The translations under genes and the position numbers were made by a program. Shown here one piece after another: positions 55,844 through 64,000 of a stretch of 64,000 nucleotides of DNA. Location of the stretch: assembly GCA_951406725.2 (NCBI GenBank), contig OX597839.1:37696001-37760000 (forward strand). The letters run 5' to 3'. The notes under the pieces were generated by a model. The model did no database searches. It was given only the letters and a program-made list of their open reading frames with translations, and was not told the DNA's origin. Source of the stretch: Octopus vulgaris (Eukaryota). The first letter of the stretch is position 1; every line of letters begins with the position of its first letter.

Positions 55844-57459
55844 CATTCTTTTTTTTCTTTTACTTGTTTCAGTCATCTGATTGCAACCATGCTGGAGCAC
55901 TGCTTTGAAGGGCTTTAGTCGTACAAATCGACCACGGGACTTACATTTTAAAAAATCTAGTGCTTATTCTACCGGTCTCTTTTGTCGAACCGCTAAGCTG
56001 CAGGAACGTAAACACGCAGCATACAGTTATCAATGTGAGCTGTTCACTGCTTCCATGGTTGTTAGACTTTGCTAGCCTGGACCAAGATGTTGGGCCGTGG
56101 GATGGAAAAAGGAATCACTTTGTTGCGAAACGACCTTCATAACTCAGAGCAGCCATAACCGTAACAATTTCTCTCTCTGTTTCTTCTCTCTGTTTCCTCC
56201 TTCTCTCTTCTTTCTCTTGTTCGTTCGTTCTTCTTTCTCTTCCAATCCTTTTGCCCCTTTTTCACCAATTTCAATCCTCCTCCTCCTCCTCCTCGTCGTC
56301 GTCATCCTTCTTCTTCTTCTTCTTCTTCTTCTTCTTCTTCTTCTTCTTCTTCTTCTTCTTCTTCTTCTTCTTCTACTTCTCCTCCTCCTCCTTCTTCTTC
56401 TTCTTCTCCTCCTTCTTCTTCTTCTTCTTCTTCTTCTTCTTCTTCTTCTTCTTCCATCTTCTTCTCCCTTCTTCTTCTTCTTCTTCTTCTTCTTCTTCTT
56501 CTTCTTCTTCTTCTCCCCTCTTCTCGTTTTCCTTCTTCTCCATCTTCTTCTTTTCTTCTCCCCCTCTTCCCCTTCGTCTTCTTTTTCTTCTCGTTTTCCT
56601 TTCCCCCTTCTTCTTCTTCTTCTTCTTCTTCTTCTTCTTCTTCTCCTTTTCTTCCTCCTCGTTGGTCTCCTTCTACTCCTTCCCCCCTTTATTTTTATAA
56701 TGGTAGTTGTTGTTTCCTTCTCCTACTTCTTTTTCCTTCTCCCCCTTTCTTCACCCGTCTGTCTGTGTGCCAGTCTGTCTCTTAATCAGTTCAACGATTG
56801 AAGAGCAGACGATATAGGACGAAGCAAAGAAAAACCAAAAAAAACCCCGACTAAAAACAAACAAAATAAAACAAACAAACAAACAACACAAAACCCGCAT
56901 CTGTCTCCTGAAAAAATAAAATAAAATAAAGACAAAATAAAACAATAGAAAAAAATAAATAATTAACGAGTTGACCATTCTGGCAGACAGCCACAGAACA
57001 TTGGATTCCAGAGAAGAGAAGCGCCACCTTAAGGCTCTCCTTTCATTTCAGCAGTTTCCGCTAGGTGGCTATTTCAATCCCATCTCATAAGTCGTTTATT
57101 GGCGACATATTGTTTCATTTATTAAAAACAGGTGGCTTTTCAGGCGGTGGTGGTGCTGAGAGGTATTTCGGTATTGTTGAGAGAGCCGCCAGGGTGTGGT
57201 GTGGTGTGATGTGGTATGTGATGTGGTGTGGTGTGATGTGGTGTGGTGTAGGCGTGGCAATGTGGTAAGAGGTTTGCATCCCGAACGCAAGAATCCGGGT
57301 TCAGTTCCACAGCGTGTCAGCTTGGTCAAGTGTCTTCTACTATAGCCTCGACCCGACCAAAGACTTGTGACTGGATTAAGTAGACAGAAACTGAAAGAAG
57401 CTCGTTATATACCGTATATACATACATACATGCATACATACACACACACATTATATATA

Positions 57460-57489
<30 letters not shown>

Positions 57490-57500
<11 letters not shown>

Positions 57501-57878
57501 CTGAGAATGTGTATCTGTGTGTCTGTCTGTGTGCATCACTAAAACTCGAGAACCAAACTACCGATTTCATTCAAATTTTACACGTCCACTACTTAGGGTC
57601 CATAGAATGTCATGGGCCTAAAACATTTTCAACTTCTTGCCTGTATATATATGTATACAAATGCATGTATATAAATGTATATATATACATGTGTATATTC
57701 TATCGGTATGTTATGCCAAGCAGGTAAGTTACGGGAACTGTAAACACAGCAACATCAGTTGTCAAGCGATGGTGGGTGTACAAACACAGACAAACACACA
57801 GAAAAATATGCGACAGTTTTCTATCAGTTTCCCTATACGAAGTCCACTCACAAGGCTTTGGTGGGCCTGAGGCTATAG

Positions 57879-57915
<37 letters not shown>

Positions 57916-57916
57916 T

Positions 57917-57978
<62 letters not shown>

Positions 57979-58208
57979 CCACCATCGCTTGACAACCGAT
58001 GTTGCTGTGTTTACGTTCCCGTAACTTACCTGCTTGGCATAACATACCGATAGAATAAGTACTAGGCTTACAAAGAATAAATTCTGGGGTCGATTTCTTC
58101 GACTAAAGGCAGTGTTCCAGCATGATCGCAGTCACATGATCGAAACAAGTAAAACAATAAAAATACTATGCCATTGTAATCCCGATCAACGCCGGGTATC
58201 TCTGCTAA
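57490..58208 (+). mobile_element. Decayed Helitron with nested SINE fold-back
   Basis: 5' part ATATAACTGAGAATGTGT..CCGATTTCATTCAAATTT; 3' hairpin CCCGATCAACGCCGGG followed by CTGCTAA. Confidence 0.6.
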
Positions 58209-58255
58209 TATACATACATACACACACACATACATACATACATACATACATACAT

Positions 58256-58341
<86 letters not shown>

Positions 58342-58664
58342 GTATATGTACGTGCGTGTTCTTGTATCTGTATTTGTAGCTCACCACCAACTGGTAACCG
58401 GTGTTGGTGTGTTTACGTCTCCGTAACTTAGCGATTCGGTGGAAAGAGACATAAATACTGGGATCGTATCGCCCGACACAAATTCTTGAAGGTAGTACTC
58501 CAGCATGGCCGAAGTATAAAGTTTTAAAAAAAGTGGCGTGGGTAGGGTAGACTAGTGTTGTGTTGTTTGGAGTGATGTGGCGTTGCGCGGTGTTGTGTGG
58601 TGTTGTGAGGAGTGATGTTCAGTGGTCTTGTGTGGTGTATTGTGGAGTGGTATAGTTGTACATC

Positions 58665-59062
58665 GGCGAGCTGGCAGAAACGTTAGCGCGGTATTTCGCC
58701 TGCCGTTACGTTGTGAGTTCAAATTTCGCCGAGGTCGACTTTGTCTTTCATCTTTTCGGGGTCGATAAATTAAGTACCAGTTACGCACTGGGGTCGATGT
58801 AATCGACTTAATACCTATGTCTGTCCTTGTTTGTCCCCTCTGTGTTTAGCCCCTTGTGGGTAGTAAAGAAATAGGTATTTCGCCTGCCGTTACGTTGTGA
58901 GTTCAAATTTCGCCGAGGTCGACTTTGTCTTTCATCTTTTCGGGGTCGATAAATTAAGTACCAGTTACGCACTGGGGTCGATGTAATCGACTTAATACCT
59001 ATGTCTGTCCTTGTTTCTCCCCTCTATGTTTAGCCCCTTGTGGGTAATAAAAAAATAGGTAT
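58665..59062 (+). mobile_element. SINE family C with tandemly repeated body
   Basis: Two near-identical ~185-bp bodies with the same junction as 49657. Confidence 0.88.
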
Positions 59063-59229
59063 AGTTGTACATCGTCACAGTATACCCGGCGATGGATAGT
59101 AATACAAAAATTACTCTCAACGCCAGAAATATTTAACAAGCAAAATGGCGGCCATCCATTGAAAATGAGTGGATTCGATGTTAAAATTATTACATTTTCT
59201 TTTCTTTCTGACTCTCAGTTTTTGCGACA

Positions 59230-59344
59230 CATTTCTTTCCTTCTTTCCTTAATTCCATTCTTTGTTTGTTTGTTTGTTTGTATGTTTGTTTCTTTCTTAT
59301 TTCCTCTTTTCTTCTTTCTTTCTGTTTTTTCTTTCTTCTTTTCT

Positions 59345-59395
<51 letters not shown>

Positions 59396-59571
59396 GTTTT
59401 TTCTTTCTTTCTTTCTTTTTCTCTTTCTTATTCCTTCTTTTCTTTCTTTCTTTCTTAATCCTTCTTTTCTTTCTTTCTTTCTTTCTTAATCCTTCTTTTC
59501 TTTTCTTTCTTTTTTTCTTATTCCTTCTTTTCTTTCTTTCTTTCCTTCTTTCTTTCTTTCTCTCTTCCTTC

Positions 59572-59616
<45 letters not shown>

Positions 59617-59663
59617 TTCCTTCCTTCCTTCCTTCCTTCCTTCCTTCCTTCCTTCCTTCCTTC

Positions 59664-59702
<39 letters not shown>

Positions 59703-59800
59703 TCCTTCCTTCCTTCCTTCCTTCGTTCCTTATTTTCTTTTTTTATTTCTTTCTTTTATTCTTTCCTCCCTCCCTCCCTTCCTCCCATCCTTCCTTTCCT
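59230..59800. repeat. Polypyrimidine (CTTT)n/(CCTT)n tract
   Basis: Direct inspection; a (CTT)n tract also lies at 56270-56700. Confidence 0.95.
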
Positions 59801-60217
59801 TTATTCCGGGTCTTCAATCACATGTCTTCATTTTGGTCGCCAGCGTGATCGTTGTCCACGGCATTGCTGCTAGTACTGCTGCTGCTGCTGCTGCTGCTAC
59901 CGTTGTTGTTGTTGCTGCCGCTGCTGTTGTGTTGCTCCTGCATCTTCTACCGCCACCGCCGCCTCCACCACCGCCTCCACCACCGTCACCACCTCTGCTT
60001 CTATTCGCATGACCATTGCTGCTGCTGTTGTTGTTGTTGTTCCTATTCTTCTTCCATCTCCTCACAGGATTATGTGGGTTACGATGTCACGCAACATGCA
60101 TTATCTACCCACCTACATAACAAATGCATGCAAACACACACAAACACGGACATATACACGCACACACATGCGCACACTTATACATACGTCTCTACGTGAG
60201 GGCGCGTGTGTATATAG

Positions 60218-60261
<44 letters not shown>

Positions 60262-60471
60262 TTTACAGGCGTATATAAAACTCTTCTATTTTCTCTGTAA
60301 AAAAAACAATTACCCAACAGAAATTAAAGTATGTGTTTATTTTTCCTTTCTTATACAAAAGCAGAAGAGTACTTGGCCACGCTTATTGTGATAGCATGGA
60401 GAATTGCGTTACATATATATATATATATGTATATATATATAAATATATATACATACATATATATATATATC

Positions 60472-60539
<68 letters not shown>

Positions 60540-60739
60540 CACATGCATATATATATATATATATATGTTTATAAATACATGGATACATAAATACAGACAT
60601 ATGCCAATTTGCTTGCATGCACGCATGAATGCATGCATGTACAAGATCTAACTATCTATCTGTCTGTCTGTCTGTCAGTCTGTCTGTATATAGTACATGT
60701 ACATTGTTTTATGTGTGTGAATATATATATATGTATGTA

Positions 60740-60820
<81 letters not shown>

Positions 60821-60835
60821 GTGTGTATATATGTA

Positions 60836-60991
60836 GGCGTAGGAGTGGCTGTGTGGTAAGTAGCTTGCTACTTACGTTCCGGGTTCAGTCCCACTGCGTG
60901 GCACCATGTGTCTTTGACTATAGCCTCGGGCCAACAAAAGCCTTGTGAGTGGTTTTGGTAGATGGAAACTGAAAGAAGCCCCTCGTATATT

Positions 60992-61066
<75 letters not shown>

Positions 61067-61283
61067 GTGTGTGTTTATGTTTGTGTCTGTGTTTGTCCCC
61101 CCAACATCGCTTGACAACCGATGCTGGTGTGTTTACGTCCCCGTAACATTAGCGGTTCAGCAAAACAGACCGATAGAATAAGTACTAGGCTTACTAGAAT
61201 AAGTCCTGGGGTCGATTTGCTCGACTAAAGGCGATGCTCCAGCATTGCCACAGTCAAATGACTGAAACAAGTGAAAGAGTAAA
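60836..61283 (+). mobile_element. SINE family A, near full length
   Basis: Head, internal microsatellite and tail present, with small deletions in the head. Confidence 0.88.
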
Positions 61284-61284
61284 G

Positions 61285-61318
<34 letters not shown>

Positions 61319-61386
61319 GTATATATGTGCATGTATATATATATATGTGTGTATGTTTACAGTGTATGTATTGATATATGTAAATG

Positions 61387-61447
<61 letters not shown>

Positions 61448-61531
61448 CTATATGTACGTATGTATGTTGTATGTATCTATGCATGCTTGTATGTCTGTAT
61501 GTATGTAAGCGTGTATCTATGCATGTATGTA

Positions 61532-61564
<33 letters not shown>

Positions 61565-61794
61565 CTCTGTCTCTTTGTCTCTGTTTCTCTCTCTCTTGTA
61601 TCTGTCTATATATAGATGTATATATGCATGCTCAAGTATTATTATGATATCATTTCCTTGTCGACTGTCGCATATATTTGTGATATCCGCCATACTGGCC
61701 ACTCCATTATTCACACTCACTCACACACACACATTGACGGGCACAACTTCACCGCACGGCTAACTTCATCTGATTTGTAACTGTGCGTCTCATG

Positions 61795-61888
<94 letters not shown>

Positions 61889-61954
61889 TATACATATATA
61901 TATATACATATATATACATATATATATATATACATATATATATGCAAAAAAATA

Positions 61955-61989
<35 letters not shown>

Positions 61990-62138
61990 GTATATGTATA
62001 TCTAAGTATATACATACATATATATATATGCATATATATATATATATACATATAATGTATATATATATATAATGTATATAATGTATATCGAGCGATTACT
62101 GTTTCAATCTCATTCTGAGATTTAATTATGCTATATAT

Positions 62139-62212
<74 letters not shown>

Positions 62213-62228
62213 GCATATATATGCATAA

Positions 62229-62266
<38 letters not shown>

Positions 62267-62366
62267 GTATATGTATGTATGTATATATATATGTATGTGT
62301 GTATATACAGACTTATGTATACACACACCCGTACACACACATATACATACATATACATATATACAT

Positions 62367-62447
<81 letters not shown>

Positions 62448-62548
62448 ATAAGTATATACAGATGCACACTCACCTAAATATATGCATGCATGCATGTTTA
62501 TATAAGTACACGAATGCAGTGACCAGCGTGAACGAAGTTTTTTGCATG

Positions 62549-62644
<96 letters not shown>

Positions 62645-63966
62645 CAAGCAAAATATACTCCGAAGCACCTACCACACACAGACACACAATAAAAAAACCC
62701 TAATAAAACATGATAAACAGATACACGAAAACATAAACACACAAGGACATATACAAATAATGCAAAAGGTACTCAAACAAAAACTACATAAAACACACAA
62801 AACACTAAAAAATACACTTATAAAAAGCATTAACGAAAAGACGTATAAACACATACAAAACGTGAAGAAAAACGTGGATAAAAAATGGCTGAAAAATACA
62901 TGGAAAAACGCGGAATACAAAATCATGCAAAAATATACAAAAAAAAAAATATATATAATCAGATAAAAATAACAATATAACAATGAAAAAAAACCCCCAA
63001 CAATAATGTAATGAAAAACAAAATGAAAGAAAAAGAAATGAAAAAAAATATGTATTTCTGTTGCCAGGAAACGGGTTCGAGTTGTACAGTTGCCAGGCGT
63101 GTTGTGTTTGGAACCCATATTTTTGTTTGATGTCGTCTGGAAACATTGGACATTACAATTGCTCATGGCGATGTTGATGGTGGCGGTGGTGGTGTCGGTG
63201 GCGGTGGCATGATGGTGGTGCAGTTGGGTGTGTGTGTGTGTGTGTGGGGGGGGGAGATGGTGGTGCAGGTGATGCTGATAGGGACGGTGGTGGCGTGCGG
63301 CGGTGGTGAAATTGAGAGGAGGTCATGAAGTTGGTGTTAGTGGTGGTGTTTGGTGATGGCGATGGTAGTAGTAGTGATGTTGGTGATGTTGGTGGTGGTG
63401 GTGGTGGTGGCGGTGATGTTGGTGAAGGTGGTGGGTGTGGTGCTGCTGGTACTGTGGATGATGGTGGCGACGTTGACGATGCGGTTTCTAGAGAGAGGAG
63501 ATGGTGGTGATGGTGGTGGTGTTGGAGGCTGTCGGTGTAGTGTCGTTGTTGCTGGTGTTGGCGGTGGGTGGAGCGCTTTTTGCTATTGCTGGTAGTTGTG
63601 GTAGTGGCGCTAGTAGTGAGAGTGGTGTTCTTGATGGTGTGTGTAGTGTTGGTGTTAGCTGGTATTGGTATTGTTGTTGATGATGTTAGCGTTGGTGGTG
63701 GTGAGAGTAGTGGTTGTGATGAAGGATGTTGTGGTGTTGCTGTTGTCGTTATAGGTGGTGGTGCTGATGGTGAGAAGAAATGGTGGTAGTGGTGGTGGTG
63801 GTTGTAGTGGTAATAGTTGAAATTGTGATGGTACATGATGGTGCAAAATGGCGGACACTTTGCTACTTCACTCTTTCTTATTTCTCATTCACCTGCCATT
63901 GTGACCACGTGGCCAGTACAGCTGCTTTCTCTCCTTATGTTTTATCCCATTCTTTCTTTCTTTCCT

Positions 63967-63998
<32 letters not shown>

Positions 63999-64000
63999 TC

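Overview
Eukaryotic, extremely microsatellite-rich genomic DNA whose SINE content looks cephalopod (octopus-like; inferred, not proven). The + strand carries the 3' part of a CLC-6-type chloride/proton exchanger gene (CLCN6-like). I assembled 12 GT-AG exons (786-32501) whose phases all fit, giving 1506 nt (501 aa plus TAG) covering the late transmembrane helices and both CBS domains. The 5' exons lie upstream of the window. Introns and the downstream 31 kb are filled with three tRNA-headed SINE families, Helitron derivatives (one with a Pif1-like helicase fragment), restriction-like-endonuclease LINE 3' ends, mariner/Tigger MITEs, a Penelope GIY-YIG remnant and simple repeats. Nearly all ORFs in the supplied track are microsatellite artefacts. 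The most striking hidden structure is a set of sequence-unrelated, small (TA)n-adjacent elements that each carry a minimal type I hammerhead ribozyme motif with a palindromic stem III. The best are at 55244, 41961, 22082, 10259, 38621 and 29752. They often sit in direct-repeat or fold-back arrangements typical of Penelope pseudo-LTRs or retrozymes. All coordinates were read by eye; exon borders are exact and repeat borders are approximate.
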